Positions 29,729 to 39,533 of a DNA stretch of 64,000 nt are shown one piece after another; position 1 is the stretch's first letter, and every line of letters begins with the position of its first letter. The position numbers were made by a program, and so were the translations under genes. The stretch is from a virus (lineage: Duplodnaviria > Caudoviricetes), in IMG/VR virus record IMGVR_UViG_3300042508_000526; one strand, 5' to 3'. Under the pieces are notes generated by a model that saw nothing but the letters and a program-made list of their open reading frames with translations, was not told the origin of the DNA and did not search any database.

Positions 29729-30772
29729 TCAAACAAGCTTCAACAACGTTTGCCAGCCAAGATCGAAAGACTTTCGACGCGCGGCCAAGTTGTAGTTCAC
29801 TCGTTTATTTAGGTTGTCAATGTGAATGGGTTCAGCAATCATTGTCTGCAATACAGTCATTAAACGTTCGTAGTCCGGCGCCGCGTGGGGCACGCCGTTT
29901 TCGTCGTAATCTACCCGCGTTTTAACAAGTACGCCATTGGCGTCCTGATAAATAAAGTCAACTTGCGGCGACAGCGCAAACGACAGAACAGGCGTGCCGC
30001 AAGTAATTGACGTCAACCCGCACAAACCGTAGTTGTCGCACTCGGCCGGGAGCAGCGTGATATCGTGCGCTGTGTACATCGCAGGCCGCTTGCTTAACGG
30101 CGTATTACGGATCAGCTTCACGCGGCCGTTCGTTCTGCGGCTGAGCCGTTGGAAAAATTTGGCGACGGACGGCGCGAATCGGCTAGACGTAATCGCAACA
30201 GTGAGCTGCGCTTCCGGCATACGTTCAAATATGTAACTAACGAACGCTAGAAACTGACTATTAGCGCAGCGCGCATTACGGTCAAACCACGGCAAAAAAA
30301 CTTTGATCTGCTTGTGGTTTACTGATTTTGTTTTTTTTACAACCGGCAATCCGGTATCGAACGGAATCATCGTAACGTGTTTGATCTTGTAAATCTTGCC
30401 AAACAGCTCGCGGGCTTCGGCTGTCATGGCAATCACGTGATCAACACGCTGCATAACCTTGCGAAAAGGTCGTACAAGATCTTGCCACATAGGCACGATG
30501 ATCGTGCGAATGCCGAGGCGCTTCGTGTAATTCAGCGTGTCCATTTTGGGCGGATGCGTCCAGATAATCGTCGTGTAGTCTTTGGCCCACGATGAGTATC
30601 GCCGCTTTTTCTTGTGGCACACTACACCATCATGCGCCACGCGTAGCTTTGCCGGATCGGTATCGGAATAGATGCCATACTCTACGCCTGACGCGCGTAA
30701 AAAATCGGCTAGCCTAATAGTAAAATACGCCTCATCGCAGTGGGCGTAATGTGTGTATATGCCAATTCGCAT
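29729..30772 (-). CDS. GT-B fold glycosyltransferase-like protein
   Basis: MRIGIY N-terminus; HDITLLPAECDNYGLCGLTSITCGTPVLSF...NGVLV matches the GT4 C-terminal motif with altered Glu residues. Confidence 0.75.
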   Translation of the reverse strand: MRIGIYTHYAHCDEAYFTIRLADFLRASGVEYGIYSDTDPAKLRVAHDGVVCHKKKRRYSSWAKDYTTIIWTHPPKMDTLNYTKRLGIRTIIVPMWQDLVRPFRKVMQRVDHVIAMTAEARELFGKIYKIKHVTMIPFDTGLPVVKKTKSVNHKQIKVFLPWFDRNARCANSQFLAFVSYIFERMPEAQLTVAITSSRFAPSVAKFFQRLSRRTNGRVKLIRNTPLSKRPAMYTAHDITLLPAECDNYGLCGLTSITCGTPVLSFALSPQVDFIYQDANGVLVKTRVDYDENGVPHAAPDYERLMTVLQTMIAEPIHIDNLNKRVNYNLAARRKSFDLGWQTLLKLV

Positions 30773-30778
30773 TGACTA

Positions 30779-32707
30779 TTAAGCCGGCGGCTGCCCCTGT
30801 CCATACTGCTGCGCCATAACCATAGCGCCGCCCTGCGACCGGGCCTGTTGTCGAATATCATCAATAATGCTTGTAACGAGCGCGTGCATCGTCGAGTCAG
30901 CGCGCTTCAGTTTGATTAGCTCGCCGTCCTTGATCGACTCCGGCATGCTGAGCAGCTGGTTCGCGATAAGCTGTGCTTGCTGCTGCAGATCTTCCGGCGT
31001 GCGCGGTACGTTTGGTGAGTTTTGCCGCTGGGACAGGAACTGATCGACTGGGCTTGGCTGCTGACCCGGCATACCGCCAGCCGGTGGCGCGGCAGGCGCA
31101 GCGCCGCCTTGCGCCGGCGGCTGACCTGTAGCGCTTGCACCGGGATCGCCGGCACCCATCATCATGTCCGGCGACTGGCTCAACGACTTCATCGTCTGCG
31201 CCTGCTGCATTTCAAGCTGCATGCGCTCTTGCTCTTCCGCGTAAATCTTTTCCTCTTCGAGCATCTGCTTGACTTCGTCTTGGTAGTCGAGGCCGACGCT
31301 CTTGAGACCCGTACGCTTGCTGATCTGCTGCCCCTGCATGAGCTGAAGCTTAGCCATCTGCCGGTTAAGGTCGTCCGCGTGCGTGACCCGGATAAGCTTC
31401 GCGCTCACAGGCTGCCACGACATCACACGAGAAAGCTGCCCAACCAGCTCGTTTAAAAATATGTTTAGGTTGTGCGGCAAATGACTCCAGTTTGCTTCAA
31501 ATAAGCGCAAAGCCGCAGGCGCCGCTTGGAACGACAATGTGCCGCTGAACAGTTCTACAGGCATGCCAATACATTTCAGCAGCGTATCTAGCCCTTGCTC
31601 GATGAGATCGCGCGGGGCCAACTGCGACGCGTCGCCGCCTAGTGCCTGATAGTTAACCGGAAACGGCAAGACGTTCCAGCGCGCCGGATCTGTGCGGCGC
31701 GCACGAATCATCGCATTGACGCGAGACGTAAAGCTAGACAGGTTGATCGTGTGTACCGGGTCTGACGACTGGCCGTCACCGCCGCGCGGCATGGGAGTTA
31801 CAACACGGAAAGGAATGATGTAGTCCAGCGCAATCGCCTCGTTGTAGCGCTGCATGATCTGGTAGTACCATGCCTGCCTAAAGTTAGACAGCACGCGAGA
31901 GATACCCCAGCCGCGGTTACGCATGCCAGAGAGCGCGTCTTCTTTCAAGTGAAAGACAACACCCTTATCAAACATCAGATTCTGGCCGTTCTTGACCGCT
32001 TGAATAATTTCCCAGCTTGCGCGCTCAAGATGATGTAGATGCCCAGCGCGGATTAGCGTGCGATAGTCTTCTGGAATCTTCCACACATACGAGCACTCGT
32101 TCGTGTAGGGGTCCCACAAAATATCAATTTCGTGCGGACTCCATCGTTTGACCGTGATGTGCCCGGTGTCACCGCTGCGCCTGTCAATGTGTTTCCACGG
32201 ACCAGAGTATTTGCAGTGCGGGCAGGTCGCATGAAACTCAAAATCCTGCCAAGAGAAGTTGCAGGCTTTCGAATTGAAGACACGGTCGAGCGGCATTTCG
32301 AGGCCGCACTTCTTGCAAGACAAATACCGACGAAACGGCACGATCAAACTGGTAAATGAATTGCCATAGGTCATGTAGTCCATGGCAACCGAGTGCAGCA
32401 CATTTTTAATACTCAGCGTTTCTTCGAGAAAAGTCTGATACTTTTCTTTTTCTTCGCTGCCAGTTTTGTTATCGCCAACATCGCGAATTTCTACGTCAGT
32501 AATAAAATAGCTGACAACGCGGTCAATGGCCTGCCTGTAGGGGCCGTTGGCGTTCATGATGTACTCGACCCAGCGTAGAGCAGACTGGATGCTCTCGGGC
32601 ATCGACAGACTTGCTACGTCGCAAAACGGGTCGGGAAAGCGCTCGTCATTCTGGGCGCCGCGGCCAAGCGCGTTATAGCCAAAAGACGTATTTGGTTGTT
32701 GCGTCAC
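30779..32707 (-). CDS. probable portal protein with Zn-ribbon insertion
   Basis: 642 aa; D..TYGNSFTSL, WSPHEI, VFHLKED, GWGISRVLSNF and C-terminal Q/P-rich tail resemble portal architecture (inference); CKKC...CPHC insert. Confidence 0.55.
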   Translation of the reverse strand: MTQQPNTSFGYNALGRGAQNDERFPDPFCDVASLSMPESIQSALRWVEYIMNANGPYRQAIDRVVSYFITDVEIRDVGDNKTGSEEKEKYQTFLEETLSIKNVLHSVAMDYMTYGNSFTSLIVPFRRYLSCKKCGLEMPLDRVFNSKACNFSWQDFEFHATCPHCKYSGPWKHIDRRSGDTGHITVKRWSPHEIDILWDPYTNECSYVWKIPEDYRTLIRAGHLHHLERASWEIIQAVKNGQNLMFDKGVVFHLKEDALSGMRNRGWGISRVLSNFRQAWYYQIMQRYNEAIALDYIIPFRVVTPMPRGGDGQSSDPVHTINLSSFTSRVNAMIRARRTDPARWNVLPFPVNYQALGGDASQLAPRDLIEQGLDTLLKCIGMPVELFSGTLSFQAAPAALRLFEANWSHLPHNLNIFLNELVGQLSRVMSWQPVSAKLIRVTHADDLNRQMAKLQLMQGQQISKRTGLKSVGLDYQDEVKQMLEEEKIYAEEQERMQLEMQQAQTMKSLSQSPDMMMGAGDPGASATGQPPAQGGAAPAAPPAGGMPGQQPSPVDQFLSQRQNSPNVPRTPEDLQQQAQLIANQLLSMPESIKDGELIKLKRADSTMHALVTSIIDDIRQQARSQGGAMVMAQQYGQGQPPA

Positions 32708-32718
32708 AGTAACCTCGT

Positions 32719-32859
32719 TTATTTACTGGCCGCGTCAGCTGCGCGCTTACGAAAATCGTTATCCAGTTCTTCTATTTGCGCGCGCTTTTCCGTCGGCAAT
32801 TTATCGCTGGGCTGCTCGGGCGGTGTGGTGCCGGGTTTAATTACGCCCTGCTTTTCCAT
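32719..32859 (-). CDS. 46-aa microprotein upstream of portal-like gene (not in ORF track)
   Basis: MEKQGVIKPGTTPPEQPSDKLPTEKRAQIEELDNDFRKRAADAASK*; GAGG SD; fills the gap. Confidence 0.7.
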   Translation of the reverse strand: MEKQGVIKPGTTPPEQPSDKLPTEKRAQIEELDNDFRKRAADAASK

Positions 32860-32861
32860 TG

Positions 32862-33785
32862 TTAAGCCTCATCAAAATGGGACTGGATAGCCCGCTCGAC
32901 GCGTAAAACGCAGTATTCACGGCTATCATAAACATACTGGAAACCGGTCGTATGGACAAGGTATAAACGCGAGTCATCGTTAATTTGCGCCGCCCACGGA
33001 CGCTGATATGGATCATTTGACGGAGGAAACCACCGGGCGGCATTTTGCTCAAAACGCAAATCGTAAACTAGAACGATAAAACCGCTTTCTTCCATGCTGT
33101 CCGTGTCAGTGCGCGAAACAGCCACAATGACGTCATGAAAAAAAGCGGGCACGGTGCCGATACCCTCTTTTTCAAAATACACAAGTTTTTGTGGCGGGCC
33201 TGATCTGTGCGCGACTACCGTCGTGGGGGCCGTGGGCTGAAGCTTTTGTTTTTTAAGTCCGAATGCCGCCATCGGGCTGTAGTTTCTATCAATTTTTTCA
33301 ATTGGCGGCAGCTGCGGTTGCGGGGCCACTTCTTCTTCCAAGTTAGCCAGTAACGCTTCCTCATCGTTGTCTACCGGCGGCGGAGGCGACTGGCGCACCG
33401 CGGCTTTTTTTACCGGTGGCCGCATACCTGCTGCGATCGACTTTTCCATACGCGCTAACTCTTCAAATACCATTGCCGCTCGCTCCCTCACAGAGTTGAT
33501 ATCATTACCCGGGAACTTTTCTTTGGCTAACGCCGACGCTGCTTCTACGGCATCTGGACTAATCTGGTCAAGCCGCAAACCGCCGACGTTAGCGCCATTT
33601 GGATCGATTACATTGATAGTGATTTTGCTGCGGTCATGCGGATCAAAATTCACAGGAACACCCCCAGCCGTAGACGGCGCCACAATAACGCCGCGCAAAC
33701 CTTTTGGGCCGCCGCGCATCAGCTCGACCATAGAGCGCCCATTTTCTAGCCGTGTGGTGGCCGGGTCGCCGTAGCCGCTCTGCAT
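32862..33785 (-). CDS. hypothetical protein (head-module neighbour)
   Basis: GGAG SD; first gene after a terminator; two domains joined by a Pro/acidic linker. Confidence 0.7.
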   Translation of the reverse strand: MQSGYGDPATTRLENGRSMVELMRGGPKGLRGVIVAPSTAGGVPVNFDPHDRSKITINVIDPNGANVGGLRLDQISPDAVEAASALAKEKFPGNDINSVRERAAMVFEELARMEKSIAAGMRPPVKKAAVRQSPPPPVDNDEEALLANLEEEVAPQPQLPPIEKIDRNYSPMAAFGLKKQKLQPTAPTTVVAHRSGPPQKLVYFEKEGIGTVPAFFHDVIVAVSRTDTDSMEESGFIVLVYDLRFEQNAARWFPPSNDPYQRPWAAQINDDSRLYLVHTTGFQYVYDSREYCVLRVERAIQSHFDEA

Positions 33786-33801
33786 AAAAGCTCCAATAGC
33801 T

Positions 33802-33837
33802 AAAAAAAAGGGGGGAGTAGCTAGGCTACTACCCCCC
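33802..33837 (-). terminator. rho-independent terminator
   Basis: Minus strand GGGGGG-TAGTAGC-CTA-GCTACT-CCCCCC followed by T8. Confidence 0.85.
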
Positions 33838-34113
33838 GAAGGTTTCTGGTTTTAAATCTGCACACACTGTATACAGCTCTGCTTTCGGCACACGAAAGTA
33901 GAGCCTACCCAGAGGCACGCCGCCTCCGCACGATAACTTAACCTGCGCTACTGTCGGGAGTACCTCGGCGAGTACCCTGCCCGAAAATAGCTGCGCCACC
34001 ACCAAACCGCAATTGCTGTCGCCGTCAAACGACGGCAGCGTTGTCGGAGTAGGGTCTATGCCTAACAACCAAGACATGACACTATCAGACTGCGGTTTGA
34101 TGAAATAACGCAT
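33829..34113 (-). CDS. hypothetical protein
   Basis: 94-aa ORF coupled to the upstream stop; its stop lies in the terminator stem. Confidence 0.65.
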   Translation of the reverse strand: MRYFIKPQSDSVMSWLLGIDPTPTTLPSFDGDSNCGLVVAQLFSGRVLAEVLPTVAQVKLSCGGGVPLGRLYFRVPKAELYTVCADLKPETFGG

Positions 34114-35318
34114 CAGACTAATTCAGCGTCGGAAGTTTCGACAGGCTGCACGTGGAATGTATCCGCGTGCTGCAAGTCGATCGGGGCGAGCAGGTCGCCG
34201 GCATACGGACGGGGCGGATTCTGCCACGTCGCAATGTCGTTAACCTGCACCGCGCTAAGCCGATTCAATACCAATGGTTTACTCGGATTCGCCAAAGCTG
34301 TAAATAGCTCCTGATCCGTAGCTTCTTTTTGCGCACGCTTAGAAGCCTGAAACCGTAAAGACTCGGCTGCTGCTTCCGGCATTGTTTCCAGTGCCGTTTT
34401 AACATCGACCGAAACCCGCATGGGCTCGTCCGGAGCCAAAATGGCCTCAGCCACTTCTTCTTCGGACAGCGTCATTTCGGGCATTGTCATGCGAATTTCC
34501 ATCGCAATATCATCCACAACCATCTGAGACGTGTGATTGTCGATCGCTACAATTCCACGCCGGCGCAGAATTTTAGCCGCCGGATTGGGTAGCGAAACGA
34601 CAAGACTATCGACCCCGTTAATAAACGGATTACGGTCGAGAGCCCCGAGCACGGGAGTAAAGTCCTCCCGCGCACGGTCACGGAGTACGGCGAAAGACAC
34701 GTCTTCGTCTAACGCGATCTTCGCGTCTACGAAAACAGTCTTACCGCGCGACGTAACCAGTTCTTTGCGTAACGCAGATCGCGTAATATCAAACAGGTGC
34801 TCTGGCGCAATACGCAGAGCAAGCCCGCTTAAGCGATCCTCGTCAATACGCTCAGCCCCGGCAGGAAACGGAATCATCACCCGCGGCCAGCGGGCTGGTT
34901 CCAGCTGCGGATCTTCGCCCCGCCTATCGGCGTAGCCAAAATCGCAGATCGCGTGCAACATGTCACACGCACGCCGCGCATTCAAACGATGCTTGGGCTT
35001 GTTGAGATTCATCTGTGCGTTCCGACCCCGCGGGGTAATTGGCGCACGAAAATCCCAGCAACCGATCGTTTCGAACGTCGGGACTCCATTCCTCGGATAA
35101 CACACCGCTACTGAGAGCGACAATCCATCATTCTGCGTAACTTCAAGCACCAGAGCAGTCGGACGAACTATGTCGCCGAATCTACGAAAGGGCTTGTCGA
35201 ACGTCCGACCCTCGCCGGCGAGCCAACTAACAGCCACGAGTCCTTCGCAGCGATTAGCAACCCGATCGAAAGCTTGCACGCCTACGGCCTGCATCCTTAC
35301 GATATCTACTTCGTTCAT
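34113..35318 (-). CDS. hypothetical protein
   Basis: Long ORF; GAGGGAG SD before MNEVDIV. Confidence 0.75.
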   Translation of the reverse strand: MNEVDIVRMQAVGVQAFDRVANRCEGLVAVSWLAGEGRTFDKPFRRFGDIVRPTALVLEVTQNDGLSLSVAVCYPRNGVPTFETIGCWDFRAPITPRGRNAQMNLNKPKHRLNARRACDMLHAICDFGYADRRGEDPQLEPARWPRVMIPFPAGAERIDEDRLSGLALRIAPEHLFDITRSALRKELVTSRGKTVFVDAKIALDEDVSFAVLRDRAREDFTPVLGALDRNPFINGVDSLVVSLPNPAAKILRRRGIVAIDNHTSQMVVDDIAMEIRMTMPEMTLSEEEVAEAILAPDEPMRVSVDVKTALETMPEAAAESLRFQASKRAQKEATDQELFTALANPSKPLVLNRLSAVQVNDIATWQNPPRPYAGDLLAPIDLQHADTFHVQPVETSDAELV

Positions 35319-35645
35319 TTTCTGCTCCCTCATACAAAGTTACACCGGCGTTCCTACCTGAACCCCGGTCAAAGTGCTTCGAACTAAACAAAGTCCATTC
35401 CCGCGGTGTCACGACGATTTCGCGCCGATTACCGTAGACGTCTTTGTCAAAGAATTGAACGCGTATCCTGCTTATATCAATCGTTTCCTGTCGTCTAACA
35501 GGCTGACCGTTAAAGCAGACTACTTCGCGCAAACATAGCACCTCCAATGCGGCACTAACGCCGCGATGATGAAAACGACGCCTGCGGCAAACAGAAGAAC
35601 GCAGGACATACAATAAATATGCCCGCGTATGCGCAAAAATTTAGA

Positions 35646-36074
35646 TCAGCTATCTGGGTCTGGCAGGATGTTATCAAACACGTTTATCGTGTTTTCATCC
35701 TCATCAGAAAAGAACTCGTTCGCAGGCGCAGAAGAAGTGCGAACGTTTGGCGCCTTTATTTCAGGCGGCGTTTCTAAATACGTCGGATCAACTCCCAGAT
35801 AACCAGTGTCATCGGGTTCCAAATCTTCGGGCACGTCGTACAAAGCAATGTTTGCTTCCGGCGTCAAAAGATATCTGTACGGCGGTTTTGATATGTGCAA
35901 CCGTGTACCGGAGAACGCGAACACAGACACATCTGTATTTATAAGGGCCTTTAGCCGTGCAACAAGATCGGGCAGCGCCTCGAACTCTTCTGTCGCCAAC
36001 GCGCCGTCAGAATGCAATATGACTACGTAATACTTAGTCGGCGGCGGGATTGGTTCATTTTGTTCTTCAGTCAT
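35646..36074 (-). CDS. acidic hypothetical protein
   Basis: Start MTEEQNE 1 nt after the upstream stop; acidic C-terminus. Confidence 0.65.
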   Translation of the reverse strand: MTEEQNEPIPPPTKYYVVILHSDGALATEEFEALPDLVARLKALINTDVSVFAFSGTRLHISKPPYRYLLTPEANIALYDVPEDLEPDDTGYLGVDPTYLETPPEIKAPNVRTSSAPANEFFSDEDENTINVFDNILPDPDS

Positions 36075-36075
36075 G

Positions 36076-36717
36076 TCAGTCTCGCATGGACAGTGGGTCT
36101 TCACCGGTAAACCCGCCTAATAACCCAGCCTCTCGGATTGCAGTCGGTATTTGCTCTTGGGCCGACATTTTTACCCGCTGTACGCGTGCGGGAAATCCGG
36201 GGCGCGTAACAGCGTATACAACATCTTTGTTCGACATCACGCCAAAGACGGTTACCGTAATCACCTGTCCCGAGCGCGATGTGGGATCTGGCACAACAAC
36301 GTCGTGCTGCAAAGAATTCGCGAACATTGCGATTTTGGGATTAGAAAACGCGATGCCGCCAAGAAACTCGAAACACTCTTCTTTACGCGACGCTACGATA
36401 CCGTAAACGCGCTTGTCCCAGTTCACTGATCGCTGCCGGCCGGGCGAAGGCATAATACCAAAACCGCTAAAAAAGAACTCATGCTCGCGCGTCAGGTCGA
36501 CGCAAAAAGGTCGCGCGTCAGCTGACTCGGCGGGGAACCGCGCGTCAAACTCGACAACGGGATCTCGGTCAAAGCCGCCGTACGTAAACAACAACGCGGG
36601 CGTGAACAGCACAACCGGCTCATCACGACTCTGCAGCGCGTCAAAAAAGGACAACGTCTGCACCGCGTCGGCGCCGACGATTACCTCTGCCTCGCGAAAC
36701 GTGTCAGGACGGTCCAT
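36076..36717 (-). CDS. hypothetical protein
   Basis: 213-aa ORF directly downstream of ruvC. Confidence 0.7.
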   Translation of the reverse strand: MDRPDTFREAEVIVGADAVQTLSFFDALQSRDEPVVLFTPALLFTYGGFDRDPVVEFDARFPAESADARPFCVDLTREHEFFFSGFGIMPSPGRQRSVNWDKRVYGIVASRKEECFEFLGGIAFSNPKIAMFANSLQHDVVVPDPTSRSGQVITVTVFGVMSNKDVVYAVTRPGFPARVQRVKMSAQEQIPTAIREAGLLGGFTGEDPLSMRD

Positions 36718-36720
36718 GAC

Positions 36721-37359
36721 TCATTTCTTGGCGTTCGTGATGCCGGCGTGCACGGTCTGAATAAGCAGCAGAAGAACGAAAGCGGCGTCTACCACATTAT
36801 CTATGCCGGTGGACTTATACTTGCTCGCGTCAAAAGCCGCGCCCAGCAGTTTGTTTGCCGCGGCGATCATGTCGTCTTTGCTCGCTTTGCCGTTGCCCGT
36901 GGCATACTTTTTAATTGTGCTGATAGCGAAGCCGTTTGATAACAGGCTTGCCTCTTCAACCCAAGTCGCCACCGTGACTTTCATCCCGCCAAGCACTTCA
37001 GACGCTGTAGCTACGCGAGAAAGAACCGCCGGAATCCCAAACTTCTTGTTTACAAAAAACTCGCGGGGCGGCGTGTATTTGACGTCCTCGTAGCCGACGA
37101 CGTCCGGCGACACAGTGTTTAAAAACGCGCGCAATCGAACAAACCGCGCCGCGCCGGATTCCAGCCCTTGAGTCGACAGGTCCCACTGAAAAAGCTGCAG
37201 CTTCTCCTGCAGTATTTTTTTGCCCGGAACTAAGTCGTAAACGGCGACGCCACAATTACTGCCCAAATCCAGCCCAAGGAACCGAATAGCGTCTGCCGGT
37301 TTTTTATCTAATTTTGCCCCAAACTGCTTGGGGTCTTTGTACATCCTGTACTTGGGCAC
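36721..37359 (-). CDS. ruvC: RuvC-like Holliday junction resolvase
   Basis: FLGLDLGSNCGVA (D), VGYEDV (E), TIKKYATGNGKASKDDM, DNVVDA (D..D). Confidence 0.88.
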   Translation of the reverse strand: MPKYRMYKDPKQFGAKLDKKPADAIRFLGLDLGSNCGVAVYDLVPGKKILQEKLQLFQWDLSTQGLESGAARFVRLRAFLNTVSPDVVGYEDVKYTPPREFFVNKKFGIPAVLSRVATASEVLGGMKVTVATWVEEASLLSNGFAISTIKKYATGNGKASKDDMIAAANKLLGAAFDASKYKSTGIDNVVDAAFVLLLLIQTVHAGITNAKK

Positions 37360-37372
37360 GCCGGGCTCCTAA

Positions 37373-38056
37373 CTATTTCGGTCCTGTGTAGTCGGTCTTT
37401 TCAGACGACCAGTCAACAAACCGCTGCCACCAGCTCTTCTTTGCTGCTAGCGCCGCAGTAGCTAACTTCTCTTTTGCAACAGCCTCATCAAGTTTTTCTT
37501 GAGCGGCTTGCAACTCCTTATACACCAAATTCAAACGTGTTTGCAACACATCATTGCGCAACTGCATCAGCGCCGCGGTTATATCGGCGTTGTACGTTGG
37601 CGCATTAGCGCGTTTAGCGAACTCATTCACAATAGCAGTAAACCGCGCCATACCTGCGGCTACCGGAGAGTCTTCGCCCATGACCGACACTTCGCGTACG
37701 GCAGAAAACCACGCAGCGCAAAAGACCTCGCCAATTGACGAAAACAGCGCCTGCCGCACGGCGTACCGAAAGTTAAAAAAACCATGCCGGTTCAATGCCT
37801 GCTCAAAACTTTGAACGGGATCACCGCCGTTGACAAAGTCTTTTTGCGCTTTTGCTAAGGCTGACGCAACAGCAACGATCTCGTCTTGCGACACGTTCTC
37901 GTCGGCATACCACTGTTTGGCCTCTTCTGTGCGCGCAGCCTCATCAAGGTTTTCAATCGCGCGTACCATGAGCGTTGGCGTAATGTACGCGTAGTCGCGC
38001 TCAGGATTATAAAGCGGGCCCGAATCACCCTTTTGCCGATACCCAATACTCGCCAT
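37373..38056 (-). CDS. hypothetical protein with C-terminal coiled coil
   Basis: GAGG SD; LQ..LN...ELQ..Q..L heptads. Confidence 0.7.
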   Translation of the reverse strand: MASIGYRQKGDSGPLYNPERDYAYITPTLMVRAIENLDEAARTEEAKQWYADENVSQDEIVAVASALAKAQKDFVNGGDPVQSFEQALNRHGFFNFRYAVRQALFSSIGEVFCAAWFSAVREVSVMGEDSPVAAGMARFTAIVNEFAKRANAPTYNADITAALMQLRNDVLQTRLNLVYKELQAAQEKLDEAVAKEKLATAALAAKKSWWQRFVDWSSEKTDYTGPK

Positions 38057-38065
38057 TATCGCCTC

Positions 38066-38917
38066 CTAGTGCGTTGGCTCTGCGTGTTGTGAAGAAACAT
38101 ACCGACACCGTACGCACATTACGCCGGAATCAGCCGGATCAAAAAACCCATCAGCATTACAGTTTGCGCAGTGCCGGCTTACGTATGTTCGCGGATGGGT
38201 AGCAAAAGCGCATTGATCATAGCCTAGCCAGCAGTGCACGCACGCATGCTCGTACTGATCGGGACAAGGCTTTGCACGCACCCGAACCTCAATCCGCTCT
38301 CGGTTCGCGCGCAGCATGCTACTACTGGCGCTTACTTTCGAGAAGAACGGCGCCTCGCGGCTTTTTGCGGCCTCGACATGCGCGTAAAAAAGCAGATTTA
38401 CAAAGTGCAGCGCCGTGTGATACGGATATGGCCCCCACTGCTTTGAAAAGCCAATGCTCTGTGAAATTGCTCCGCAGCTAGCCCGCGATAAAAACTGCGT
38501 GAATAACATTGGACACGGAGACCCGGCCAACGCGCGACAGCTGAAAATAAAACCCGGTGTGTTCTTCCGCTTAAATGGCCGCACGCTTTCAACAATAATC
38601 GGAACAATCTCGTCCTCAACTTGGCGCGTCCACGGTAGAACAGCCTGCCCCGCGTTTAAGCGGTCTATGTTACCGGCGAGCCGCCACGCTAAGTTTGCCG
38701 CCCCTTGCCGCGTAAGTTTTGTTCCGGCTAACGCGCGTATAGAGTCGAACACAGCCAGCTGTGACACTGACTCTGGCATTTCTTGAAGTACATCGCGGCA
38801 CATGTCGCGAAGAGTGTCGCTGACAATATTTGCGTCGATGTACGGGCGCAATGCCACGTTAGCTAGGCGATCGCGCCGGTCGCGCAGCCTTTTATAACTA
38901 AACGGGGTTGCTTTCAT
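38066..38917 (-). CDS. hypothetical protein with C-terminal multi-Cys Zn-binding region
   Basis: CPDQYEHACVHCWLGYDQC...CANC...CVRC; start moved to MKATPF. Confidence 0.7.
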   Translation of the reverse strand: MKATPFSYKRLRDRRDRLANVALRPYIDANIVSDTLRDMCRDVLQEMPESVSQLAVFDSIRALAGTKLTRQGAANLAWRLAGNIDRLNAGQAVLPWTRQVEDEIVPIIVESVRPFKRKNTPGFIFSCRALAGSPCPMLFTQFLSRASCGAISQSIGFSKQWGPYPYHTALHFVNLLFYAHVEAAKSREAPFFSKVSASSSMLRANRERIEVRVRAKPCPDQYEHACVHCWLGYDQCAFATHPRTYVSRHCANCNADGFFDPADSGVMCVRCRYVSSQHAEPTH

Positions 38918-39521
38918 TTTGTCCCTGTGGCTGCAGCGTAATCGGCGCATCAGAGACACTGTTCGCCGGCGTACTCGACGAAACCCGACGATCCGGGTTG
39001 TTGGCTTCCCAGCTTTCACGCGCTTTAGTGCACGTGTCTTCTGTCTGCTGCGCAGTATCCTTGACCGCCGCAGCTTCCTGCTGCAACGTCAAAATGATTG
39101 TACCAAGCTCTGTCGACAAAAGGTTAGCGATGTCGCCTACGCAAATGACGTTCTTTATGACCGCCGTGGTCGACTCAGATTCTTTGCCGTCTTTTACCGT
39201 TTTGAACTTGAAGACAATTTCTTCAATCTTCAGGGTGTCCGGTATTGGATCTGAAAGAGATTTGCCGTGCAACTCAGCGCCGATTTGTTTCAGCGCGTTG
39301 AACCGCGAATAAAGCTCTTCCATACGCGCGCCAGCAGATTTAATGATATCTGCCGGATTGATCCGCGTCACCGACGGCTGCGCCTGCGTTTGCGCGGCCG
39401 ATTGGAGCGCCTTAACTAAACCAGACGCATCCATTTTGATCGGCACGTTGACGTTTGTCGTGCCGCTAACTGTAGTGTTTCCAGCACTCACGCACTTTAC
39501 GGCGTCCACAACATCTGCCAT
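38898..39521 (-). CDS. hypothetical protein
   Basis: GGAG SD; 207 aa with coiled-coil segments. Confidence 0.7.
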   Translation of the reverse strand: MADVVDAVKCVSAGNTTVSGTTNVNVPIKMDASGLVKALQSAAQTQAQPSVTRINPADIIKSAGARMEELYSRFNALKQIGAELHGKSLSDPIPDTLKIEEIVFKFKTVKDGKESESTTAVIKNVICVGDIANLLSTELGTIILTLQQEAAAVKDTAQQTEDTCTKARESWEANNPDRRVSSSTPANSVSDAPITLQPQGQNESNPV

Positions 39522-39533
39522 ATATCTGTTCTC

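Noticed and set aside
35254-35613. 119-aa ORF from the track as a confident gene
   Set aside because: No SD at its start, a 65-nt overlap with the next gene, and competing frames; kept only as an unexplained region.
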